In this document: positions 41,006-52,589 of the stretch, piece after piece
Layout: every line of letters begins with the position of its first letter
How positions within the stretch are numbered: position 1 is the first letter of the stretch
Source of the DNA: Podarcis gaigeae
Taxonomy: Eukaryota
DNA: 64,000 nucleotides
Reading direction: 5' to 3' (one strand)
Assembly (NCBI GenBank): GCA_964106915.2
Contig: OZ066920.1
Translations under genes and position numbers: made by a program
The notes under the pieces: generated by a model
Told to the model about the DNA's origin: nothing
What the model saw: the letters and a program-made list of their open reading frames with translations, nothing else
Database searches by the model: none

Positions 41006-43445
41006 AACATGGGTCATGTCCATCTTAAGGAGTGCCTTTACCTTGGTCAGTTTCATGGAAACTGACATCAGTTCCCTGGTGAAGGATCCTTATTCATATT
41101 ACATGCTAGAAAGACCAAGGAAAAAAATGAATATAATGCTCTCAAGCTAATGAAACAATGAAATACTATCTTAAACCCAATATTGGTTTTATAAGCAGGG
41201 AAAATCTGATCAGTGCCTTTGTAGCTTAAATGAAATATATCTCGTTTTAGATCCTCAGCATCCCTACTTCTGCAATCAATCAGCTGAAGAAAATTCTCAA
41301 TTTAGAACTATTCCACATCATGTAGAAATACTTCAAAAATGCTGAAAGAAGTCTCATCAGTTTTAGTCAATTGTCAGCTATGACATCTGTTTCTCTACAG
41401 GGTTTTCAACAGGCTCCTGGAGCTTGAGTTAACCTCTGCCTTTTTTTGTTTGTTTTAAGACAACCACTGTGCCCCTGAAGAACGTCCTCTGAACTCTTAA
41501 CAATAAAGATATACCACAAGAATCACAAAAGCAAAATCACAAAACTATTCACAAAGCCAGGGACCAAAAAAAGAAGAGGAAAATGTCTATCACCCATCAA
41601 GTGCTTTCAGATGTCACAAAAATAACAAAGAAGCTCCACGGTCAGTGAAGAGACAGCTTCCCACCATCCTAATCTTGAGCCATTACTAAAAATAAGGGCC
41701 TATGCTTATTATTATTTGTTAAATTTACACTGCTCCTTTCCACCCAATGCTCAAAGCAGCTAACTATGCAAATGCAATGAACTATAATAAACACAATTTA
41801 GTACAAAGTAAAAACATGGAGAGAAGATAGCTAAAACAGTAACACAACCACCAGTAAAAAGCAACACCTAGCAGCCAAATGTCTGCCTAAAAATGTTTTT
41901 GTCTGCTAGCAGAAGGCTGTCAGCGATGGCAAGTAGTTCCAAAGTCCAAAGAAGGCATTTGCTCCTAAGGATATATTATGATCTATGACAAACAGGTGCA
42001 GAAATTCCTTGGACATTTCTCTTCCCCACTTTTGGTATGCACTGTTATCCACATGGATAACAATAATATTTCCCTGGGGTGTCTTTGGTAAGGATAACAG
42101 ACTAGACAGAATTTGAAACACAGCCTCTGCCTTTCTATAGCCACTCCATTCCTCCAACTTTCTCAATGGTTTTCTACTCTCCTTCCCCCCCCCCCCCTCT
42201 CTCTGAACATAGTGGGAATGGAAGTCCTACGTACTGGACTACAGAAACTCCCAAGAGACAAATTTCTAAATGCAAACAGGGAAATACCCTGCAGCTATGA
42301 GGATATACATATACTATGCAATTATTACATCTTATGGTTGGTATTGCATGCGGAAATATTTCTAGCACCGTCCAAAACACTTTGGCTCTAATTCAGAGTC
42401 TTGTGAGCACACCCTGGGTTTTGATGTCCTTTCTAACTCAGTAGCCTCACCAAAACCACAAATAAACTATACTAAAAGCAGTTTGAAATTGTGCTAGGGA
42501 AAGCAAGGAGAAAAAGGCACACCCTCTCTTCAAAGATTAGGATTTTGTTGGATTATAGCCATGATGTGGAAATAAGCTCCGCTAAAGTCACTGTAACTAG
42601 CTTACTTCCAAGAAATGTAAGAAATTACACTTTAAAAATGGAATCTGTGGAAAATATTAGGAGCTAAAAATATGTGAAGTAAATTAACTTACTAGGCTGC
42701 CACAAGGCAGCTGCATCAATGTATTGAATTACAGAAACTGTAACCTAAAAAATTTAATGTGATGTGAACATGATTAGGTTACAGCAAATGTTTAAACTAA
42801 AAAACAATAGCAGAGGGTTGGTATATTGAAGCTGCTTTGCAGGGGAATGGGAGCTGGAATGCAGAATGACAAAAGGAAAATGGAGTGTTTCAGGTGGACA
42901 CACAGCAAGATATAAACGTACAGTGTACTGTATTGAGTTGAGATGATTTGGGACATAAGAACACAGCCTTTTCATCTTGCTGCATTTCTCTTATTTTTCT
43001 ACCTCCATTCCTCCCAACAAACCCTTACACAAGCCTGTGATCTTAAAAAAACTATTTGCCACTTGATTCTGCAACTTTTGTTATTTATAAAAGGCCCTAA
43101 AACACAGATCAAAAGAAAAGTCTTAAGAATTCATATTCCTTTTCCACACCTCCTGATGAGTCATTAGTAAAATAAGTGCATAAACTCACAACTGAAGTCA
43201 AAAACAGCTGAGGATACTTTGATATAGCGCCACAAAGGATATGTGCAAGGAGGCAACAGAGGTTACAAATGGCCCAGTTCCAATAAGAGTGCTAATAAAA
43301 GAATAATGGAATTTTCTTGTACTGTGAATGGAGAGGAAAAACCCCCTGTGCCACCAGGGAATTTAGACAAGGGTGAAAATATCAAAGCTTTGTCTCTTCA
43401 GTTGATTCTCTTTATTATATCTTAATTGATCTACTATTACATTTA

Positions 43446-44300
43446 CCGTATTTTTCGCCCTATAGGACGCACTTTGCCCCCTCCAAAAATGAAGGGGAAA
43501 TCTGGGTGCATCCTATGGGGCGAATGCAGGCTTTCACTGAAGCTTGAAGAGCGAGAGGGGTCGGTGCGCACCGACCCCTCTCGCTCTCCAGGCTTCAGGA
43601 AGACATCCGCAGCCTAGGGAGCCCTGCGGGAGTTCCTGCAGGGCTGTCTAGGCTGCGGATAGCAGCCTGCTTCCCGGAGCGCCGGGCGTGCTGAAAGCAG
43701 AGCGCCCGGCGCTTCGGGAACCCATCCGCAGCCTAGGCAGCCCTGCAGGAGTTCCTGAAGCAGAGCGCCCCTCGCGCCGGGCAGACATCCGCAGCATGGG
43801 GAGCCCTACAGGCGTTCCCCGCAGGGCTCCCCACGGTGCGGATAGCAGCCTGCCGCCCGGCGCGAAGGTCGCCCTGAAGCAGAGCGCCCCTCGCACCGGG
43901 CAGACATCCGCAGCGTGGGGAGCCATGCAGGAGTTTCCCGCAGGGCTCCCCTCACTGCGGATAGCAGCCTGCCACCCGGTGCGAGGGGCGCCCTGAAGCA
44001 GAGCGCCCCTCACACGGGCAGACATCCGCAGCGTGGGGAGCCATGCAGGAGTTCCCCGCAGGGCTCCCCACGCTGCGGATAGCAGCCTGCCACCCGGTGC
44101 AAGGGCCGCCCTGAAGCAGAGCGCCCCGCGCGCCGGGCAGACATCGGCCAGCCCCACAAACTCGGGGGACAGCAGGGAGGCGCAGCGCCGCCATCCCGCT
44201 GTTCCTCGACCTGGTTCTGGGGGGGAAATAAAGGGGAAAAATATTCCCTTTAATTTCCCCCCCAAAAAACTAGGTGTGTCCTATGGGACGAAAAACACGG
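43446..44300. mobile_element. Non-autonomous CCGTA-ended Tc1/mariner-superfamily element, 855 bp, with an internal tandem array of about 118-bp units
   Basis: TIRs CCGTATTTTTCGCCCTATAGGAC / GTCCTATGGGACGAAAAACACGG. TA at 43444-45 and 44301-02. Reverse-complement homolog of 8117-8797. Confidence 0.92.
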
Positions 44301-44867
44301 TAACTTCAACAGTTCCATATCACAAAACTCCCTTCAGAACTCATAGTTGTCAATCTTTTAAAAAAAATTAATCAATTTACACAAGCTTTACCATTTGAAG
44401 TATGATGCCTATGATTGCACAGCAAAAAAAGAGCACTTGGATGAATTATTTAGCTAAAAACATTTCACAATTACACCTTTACACCTATATATTACACAAT
44501 TACACATATATAAGCACAATTACTGCTTATATATCATTTTACATATGCTTCTCTTTCTGTGTGTTCTGCTTTTTCAAGGAGATTTATGTACCCAAAAATT
44601 CCAGAAGACAGTATTAATAATAAAACAAATTAAAACTTCTAAAACCTCCTCCTACAAAATTAATAAGCCAGCAGTCATAACACATTTAATTATTAGCTCA
44701 AAATGTAAAAATCTACAAACCAACAATTAAAAGGAACAGATGGGGGGAGGTCTCACTCTCTGCTGCCTGGCCCACCATGGTCGAGGTGTGGCTATAGTTT
44801 AAGCCCTTCCTGCACACCACAAAGCAGCCTCCAGTTCTCCCTCCATCCAGCCACTAAAACTGTAGAG

Positions 44868-45074
44868 CAGAGCTTTCCAAACTGTGTGTCGCAACACGTT
44901 AGTGTGTTGGCTGCAGTGTGTAGGTGTGTCACACGAACGCTCCCAATGCTCCTCCCAGTACTGGAAAGGGGTTAGGTTTAACCTCCGATTTGCTAGTAAA
45001 ATTGAATTATTGTGTCGCAAAATGATGCATGTCTAAAAAGTGTGTCGCCCGCATGGAAAGTATGGAAAGCTCTG
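44868..45074. mobile_element. hAT (Charlie-like) MITE, 207 bp
   Basis: TIRs CAGAGCTTTCCAAACT / AGTATGGAAAGCTCTG. Perfect 8-bp TSD CTGTAGAG (44860-67, 45075-82). Repeated TGTGTCGC motif. Confidence 0.92.
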
Positions 45075-46249
45075 CTGTAGAGGGTGGGTAGAGAAGGGAG
45101 GGGATGGAAAGAAAGCACAGAGGTGAGAAAAGAGAAAAGAAAGTGGGAAACAAGGTAGGGCTCTAGCACATTGGGTTCATAGGGAGCCCAGTGAGAAACC
45201 ACAGTACATGACCAGCCAGAGGGAGGAACCATCCTAGACCGATGACTGTCCTCCTTATCAAATTCATTTAAAAACCTGAATTACCAAAATTGTGATAAAC
45301 ATGTCATTGCTACTTGACAGGGCCGTATTGTTATCTGTTTTCCAGATGGCTACCACTAGCTACCTTGAACCATGCTCTTGCTTTTGCCTATTCAAGACAA
45401 TGTCGATAGACAGGTAACAGTGATTTCTGAGATTCTTCTGCAGTTGTGAACAGTAGTGTAGGGTGTGTCATTATTCCCTCCACTCAGGATGATGTGACTG
45501 CCCACAAACACTGTTAGGGAGATGGGAATGATCTGTGCTGGAAATGGATTCCCCATAAAGCAGTAGATGCATTGATTACAGTGGGTTAACATCCACATTT
45601 TACAGTTTGAGAATCAGTTTTAGACACATAAAGAAAGCCAAGTACTTGAATTATTCCAACACACAGCTGTTCAATTACGGCTGGTGCAGAGGAGGAACGC
45701 AAAAGGCCTCCCCATGGAAACTTCACCAAAGGGTACAAATCCTAGCTAGAGGAGTATAAAAGAAAATAACCTTCTCAGAATGGTGCTGATTGACATAAGA
45801 TCCACTGCTGTTGGTCTGAAAATGTGCAGAGCAAAATGTATCAAGACCCCATTGATCTCTAATGACCAAATTCAAATTAAACTACACCAAGGAATGGGAG
45901 GAAAGGGAAAACCTATAGGTGGTCCTAACAGAATCAGTGGTGTTTTATTCATGCAAGCAGGCAAAATGATTCATCAGAGTCAATGACTGGCTGGTCTAGG
46001 TAAACAGGATAGCCCTAAACTCCAACCAAAGGTAAAGGGTGGGTTGTTTTTTTTACACAGTAGGTACGTAGCTCTATCCTCAAAGATTGATCCTAGCAGT
46101 ACCATGTCCCCGAGCAACAAGAACCACCCCCCAAGGTCATCACAGGGGTTGAACTGGTTGTACATCCTTTAGTAGCTTAAAGGGTGTGTATACCATCATC
46201 ATTAGCAGAGTAGTATTACTGACAAAAAAAATCTGCAATTTATTTTTAC

Positions 46250-46312
46250 CTTGTGATCATATGGGTTGTACGAGTGAAACAATCTTGACAATTCTTTCGT
46301 TCTCTGTTTTTT
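46250..46312 (-). CDS. CDKAL1: CDKAL1 coding exon (63 nt)
   Basis: Translates [21 protein letters not shown]. Acceptor (TTTTTCTACAG) ends at 46313, donor GTAAAA starts at 46249. Phase 0-0. Confidence 0.95.
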
Positions 46313-47444
46313 CTGTAGAAAAACAAGGAAACGTAGCATTATAGAACTGAAAAACAAAATTATTACATGTTGGATGAAGCCGTAGGAAACCTATTTTTAT
46401 CCTAGCACTATTTGACTGCAAATAAAAAATATGCTTCATTCACATATTAGTGCTCAGGTTGGAAAGCTCCTTTTTAATAGTTTCATGTTGTGGAAATCAG
46501 AACTTTTCCACCAAGTTTTTTATTGCTGCTGTATCTATGTTGTGATTAATGCAATGAATGAATTGACTGTGGCAATCCTACTGTAAGTTTACACTGATTA
46601 CTGTTAAACAACTTTTTGAAACATGTGCAAGCATGTGACAGCAAGAAACAACGCAGAGGATTATGTGTGTTTAAGATGTCCACAACTTCATTGGTTACAG
46701 TGCACACAGTTTAGTGTAGGGTAGACTGAGGATACCATCACTGGGCAGCTAAACTATACTTGCCAATGTCCTAGTTCCAGCCTATGGGCCCACCATGGTA
46801 CTCAGGCAAATTCAGAGTACGGCAGCCTACCAACTAGCCAAATTGAGGGTGTGGGCAGAAAGCAGCACCCCAAAACCTTACAGGAATTCCCTCAGGATGC
46901 CCATCTCCCACTTAACTCCACCATGGATGCTGCCAAGTTCCTCTCCCACTTGTGACAAGGTTGTGACAGGTTCTCGACAACTGCTGTGAGGAAGGCTAAA
47001 TCTGCTCAGAGCCAGGCCCAATTACACCTTTAGATAAATTTTCTCCTTGCAGCAAGCTGTGTACACCAACATAACTTCAATTCAAGAATAAAATGAAGGT
47101 GAGCGAGCAGGTATGTTGTTGACAGCCATGCTGCAGCTGCAAGGTGGTCCTGTATTTATAGCAGCTGATTGGCTTTTAGAAGTGAGGCCTCCGCAGAACC
47201 CTGCGCTAGCCTGATGCCAGATACCCTCTTTCAAACCCCGTGGGGCACAAACTGGCATCAAGGTGGGAATCTGGAACCTGCAGGAATAGATTCTGTGCCA
47301 ACTGTATAAAGACAGATGTCCTCATGTCCTGATTTCACTGACATGCGTGGAAGCGGGCTTCCATGAGTATATCCTTAGCTGGATGGAGGCCAACAGGTTC
47401 AAATGGGTGCAATATACATGAGTTCTGAAATAAATCCAGCAACT

Positions 47445-47590
47445 GGGGCTGCATGTACATAGAAAACTTTTAAAAGCTGAAATCTCACTAATAACACGTT
47501 TGAACTGTCCTTCAACCAGCCTGTTCCTCTTACCAAACAGCTGATTTGCAGAAATTCAGCTTTTAAAAAGGCTTATGTACACACAGCCCC
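47445..47590. mobile_element. Decayed foldback MITE (possibly PIF/Harbinger-like)
   Basis: About 40-bp imperfect inverted ends GGGGCTGCATGTACATA..TTTTAAAAGCTGAAAT / AATTCAGCTTTTAAAA..TATGTACACACAGCCCC. Confidence 0.55.
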
Positions 47591-48853
47591 AGCTACTCTG
47601 TGATGGACTGGAGCCAGAAAATGGATTCATTTCAGTTAAGGGATTGTTAGAGAGCAGAGTTCCCATCATCACAGAACATTTACTGCCAGTCTATTATGCC
47701 ACTGAGATTATGTGATAGTGCCTCAAGTTCACAGGGGTGGTCTAAGACAACTTTCATGCTATATACCAAATGCTAAGGGTTAATAAGCCAACTTTTTCTC
47801 ATTTTTGTGAAAGACTGTCCCTGGATGGATGAAACACAAATTAAACTCACTAAAATAATGCACATTAATATTAACTGACACTATCGTTTTTAGCTTTGAA
47901 AGCTTTGGGACCAAAAGCAATTTAAAAAAACAGCAACCCACAAACTCCTCTCTGTATGAATTAAAATAGAGTTGATGCCATCTTGTTCAATTAAATTACT
48001 TCCCACATTAAAAGGAGCCCAGAGGAATGAGCAACAAGGTTGATAAACACAAAGTGGTTGCATAATTTTCTGACCAGATATAAGCACGTTCCTGAAAACC
48101 CCAAAGTTATAAACAATATTTGCAAAATTCCTAATAGATTTTAATGTAGAGGTTGAAAGGTGATGTACTATTTTACAATGCTATGCGATCATGGGGGATA
48201 TTTATGAAGCAGGCCTCCACAGATCAGAAGAATATAACATGCAAATCTGACCTTTGATATATACTAAGATTAATATAATTTGACTTATTATATCTAGCAA
48301 AGGATTATAGTGGACATGTATGAAAGTATTGGTCTGCATAACAAATCTTCAAAAATGTAGAAAAGGTGTGTGGGTGTGGGAAGTATACCTCCAGTCTCTT
48401 TATAATTATTAGATTCTTACCAGGAACACAGTTTAGAAATAGGCAAAATTAGATCCGAAATTGTGCAAGTGGAATTCTATTCACACAACATAACTTTGCC
48501 ACCTCCTTTCAATTTCCTTATTTCTCTCTGTAAATCTCTACCTTTTCGTGCGTATGATTTTGTTAACTTGTTTTAATACTTAATATGAAATTAAATGATT
48601 AGAAAACATACTCACTGAAACAGGATGATGGCTGGCAATAACAAAAGTTTAAATTGGATGAGGCCAATGGAACTAAACTCTAATCACTTCCTCAATCTCC
48701 TGCAAAAATGAAACTCCTAAGTAAAATAATAATAATAATAATAATAATTTTTAAAAATTCCTGGTATCTACTGACCCATGTATACACATCTTAACATCTC
48801 ACATAAGATGAGCTGTCCTTTAAAGATGGGGAGGAGGGAGAAGGATCACTTAC

Positions 48854-49034
48854 GACTTGGGCTGGAACTTGTTGCATTTTTGCAGCAGGAGTCCCAGGGC
48901 GTGGGTAAAACTGGTTAATAAAAAGACTTGGAAACTTGTACTCTTCTACAAGCTTCATGGTTTCTTGAAAATCTTCATCTGTTTCCCCTGGAAACCCACA
49001 AATGATGTCTGTGGCAATTGTTATTCCAGGCACT
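48854..49034 (-). CDS. CDKAL1: CDKAL1 coding exon (181 nt), radical-SAM C-terminal part with the [11 protein letters not shown] motif
   Basis: Matches ORF 48791..49033. The [11 protein letters not shown] and FYPRPGTPA motifs are typical of MiaB/RimO/MtaB methylthiotransferases. Acceptor AG at 49036-49035; the first base completes the AA|A Lys codon. Donor GTAAGT at 48853-48848. Confidence 0.97.
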
Positions 49035-50393
49035 CTGAAACGAATGAAAACAAGAAGTGTTAAGCTGAAGACTGGACATATTAGCTTCTTCCCCTAGCAA
49101 AATATTAGGCATTTAGCGTGTTGCATAACATACACTGCATTTACCTATGGAAACTGACAACCATTAAATATAGCTTTATATAAGGAAAAGCCCAAACTAC
49201 AAAATTCAACTAGCTTAACTGTCATGGTTTCTCTCCAATACACCCATAAATTTTAGTTCTGCAAGGAAGCTTAGAATTTCTAAGAGATCATTCTCGGCAT
49301 GATACAAAAAACTAAAATTCTCAGGGTTCTTTCAGGGAAGCCGTAACAGTTAAACCATTTTATATTTGCAGCATAGATGTCTGCCCAGAGACCAAGGAAG
49401 AGGTTAGGAAGGTATCATTTTTGAAAGCGAATCACCAGCTAGACTACAATACTTCAGGGCATATCTTCGCAGCAATTCCCAGGGCTTCCAGGCTAGCCAG
49501 ACTCATCGGAAGCACACCGGAAGAGACTGGGACCTTTCTAACCCATGCTGTTGATGGTAAGCCATTTGTGTGGATGGTATGCTGAATACTGGAATATTCC
49601 CCTTCTAGGGTATGGGGTGTGGACTACCAAGGGGATGTGGCAATTGTGCAATGTCAGCACATCCAAAAATGCACACTGACATATACTGAGCATATTTTTG
49701 AGCTCTTCCAGGATTTGCATAAATATGTACTCCAAAATTATAATACAGAAACATTCTGAATTCTGTCCTTGCTTCACATGGGAAAGATTTGCAACTCTGA
49801 CAGGCTTAAATGAGGCAAGCTATACGACTCTACAAATGAATGGCAAGTAGCACTGTCTGACATCTCAAAGATTAATAAGATGCACATTATATTTGACAAA
49901 AAGCAGTTACAGTTTAGTTATACCAGTCATTTTAATGACACAGCTGGCATTAGCTAAAGCATGTGATACCTACAGCATTGGTAATGACATCCACTGCATG
50001 TGTATTTCCCAGTTTCTATGGGAACGTGAATGGTAAGTTTCAGTCATGCTAGATTCAGTGAAATGTCCATGACATGTGTTCCATCCAAGAAAAAAACACA
50101 AAAACCTTCTCTGATTGACATGGAATAATTTTGGTGCTAATATGGAAATTAAAAACTAATGCATTTCCCTCCCTAAATTTTTCTTTCCAAACAAAATGAA
50201 AACTTGGATAAAGAAGAGCAGCAGGCCTGACCTAAATCATAAGATCCCTATGGTTCTCCTAACATTCTTATAGATAATAATACAAACACATTTTAAAAGT
50301 AAAGAGGGTGTACAAAATCAGTAATTCATAAAAGAAAAATGAAATTACTCCATTCCTCTTTTTTCTTGAACAATTTTTAAAATTATGATTTAT

Positions 50394-50464
50394 TATTGTT
50401 TTTTCTCAGAAAAAAATATTGTTTTTTCCTCAGAAAAAAATTATTATTTTTTTCTCAGAAAAAA
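50394..50464. repeat. Three tandem copies of a 23-26-bp quasi-palindromic unit (TATTGTTTTTTCTCAGAAAAAAA)
   Basis: Directly visible. Confidence 0.85.
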
Positions 50465-52537
50465 CAAGGAGCTGTTGGGGTATTGCATTCTAATTTGCAA
50501 GCTTAAAACAATCCCAGGGGTCTGAAATTATTTCCAGTATGTTCATATGCCAAAAAGCACTTTGCAAAAAAAGAATCTGCCAGCAGACCCATGTCTGAGC
50601 TGCATAACTTCAGATTGCAATAATAATATTGAATGACCAAATGCTCATCCTTATAAAAACAACCTCTTCAAATAGAAATCAGTCTGTCAAGGAAACGTTG
50701 TTCCTCCCTCACTTTTGGGTGAGAACCCACCCAAAATTGCATGAAATCTTGCACGCTCTATAAGATCTTGCCCAAACGGAAGTGACTGGTTCTCACCTCT
50801 AAAGCCCTAACCTGCATGGGACCAGGGTATCTTTAGTATTGCTTCCATTCATATAAATGGTCCTAAGCTTTACCATCTGGGATGGAGGCAGCATTCAGAA
50901 AATGATTCTTGGTGAAAGAATACAAATATGCATTGAGTGTCACCCTTTCATTTGCTAGCTATCTGAGGGTATAAATCAAACATCTACACCAAAAGCTATC
51001 TATATATTCCTATTGTGCCATGTAGTATACAAGTAAATGAAAAAGCACAAACAGATGTTTAGAAACTAGGGCCTGACACATCTTTAAGAAAAGCCTAAAT
51101 GAAAGCCACCCCTGGCCAGTATAACAGTGTCATAAAACACTTTGTTGCAGCAGAAAATAAAATCATTCGGATCCATACTGAAAAACAAAAAATATAAATT
51201 CAGTATGCGGTATTCAAGGAAGTTTTACTAGAATAAAACTACCGAAATAAATGGACCTAACTTATCCTTGCTCTGTAATTGAAATGTATCTACTGTGAGC
51301 AAAACATTAGTTGAATACCACCCAGTTTAAGGAAGTTCCTATAAGTTCATTATTTAAGCCTTCTGTTTGGATTACTTTTAACAAACTCAAATTTGTTGAT
51401 GATGTTCATACTTCCAATAAATACATCAGCAGGAGACTCCTCACAGGCAGGACACCTGCTAACGTCTTTTATTCATGTACATGCTCCTGGTGCAGAACAA
51501 TTACATTGTTTCATATATTGTAAAATGTATTCTATAAGCAGTTGATATATTACTGCAGCCTACTCTGTCAGGCACTTTCCTTTGTGCTCCAGTTGCACCA
51601 AAGTACAAAATGACTTTTCACTGTTGCATTTCCTTTTAAAAGTCTGTAATGACAACACACTGCAACACTCTACAAACAGTGAATATTTTAAAATGCAAAT
51701 ACGTCTTTCAGGCTTTTAAAAAATGCAATTTGCTTCCATTGCTTCATATACCAGAGGGGAGAACAAGAGATGGCAATGCTTTCCTACACACATCAGGTCA
51801 CAGTAACTAGAGCTTGGGTTCTGAGAGGTGCCCACCCACTCCACAAATCAGTGTTTTGTCAAGGCTTTTCATCTCTTCTCCTTTTAACTCTTGTGGCACA
51901 CTACTACCACCTAATTCCCAGAAAGAAGACTTCCTCATCTAAGCTCTTGGCTACTCGATTCCATCAAACATAACCTTTGACACACACTGGCTGAACTCAG
52001 GAACAGAGGAAGCAAAATTTGCAGCAATCCAATATTTAAAGAGAAGTGGGCTACTGCAAATATACAAGCGTTCAAGCACAACCTTCAATGGGAAATCTTT
52101 GTTTTAATCACCATTACTCTCAGATTTTCAGCATCCTGACTATGAACATTTTCATTAACCTATTCGCCTGAAGTACTGAGCTGCCCCCTTCCAGAAACAC
52201 GTCGTACTGTGTGTTATTTGAATGAGCCACTATCAAGTAATTCATCATCCGATAACTTTCCACAGCGTGTTTGACATATATGCTTGGTAAATTTCCTATC
52301 TATATCATGCCAAGTGGTAGGAAGAATTTATTTCCCATCCTATGAATAAATGTTAAATATCAACACATTATAAATACTACAAAACAAGGCAGAAAGGACT
52401 CTTCTGCAGAATATTTTTTGAATAGAGGAAATAAGTGGACAATTCAGATTTAGGCAGCAATTGATACATTTGATTATAAACTGAGATATCTTAAGTTCCT
52501 TTGGCTTTTTCCTTCTAGGCTTATTGACATGGTGGCA

Positions 52538-52588
<51 letters not shown>
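52538..52588. repeat. (TCTG)n microsatellite
   Basis: Directly visible; explains the RQTD repeats in ORF 52340..52753. Confidence 0.98.

Positions 52589-52589
<1 letters not shown>

Noticed and set aside
43754-44150. Possible CRISPR-like array of palindromic repeats
   Set aside because: No unique spacers (whole units are repeated), eukaryotic intron context, no cas genes, and enclosed by transposon TIRs.
43648-44265. 205-aa repetitive ORF and overlapping ORFs
   Set aside because: Translation of the 118-bp tandem hairpin array; stop-poor because of high GC.
48791-48853. ORF extension [20 protein letters not shown] after the 181-nt exon (similarly 9277-9369 after the 165-nt exon)
   Set aside because: Read-through into introns past strong GTAAGT / GTGAGT donors; no evidence for alternative C-termini.
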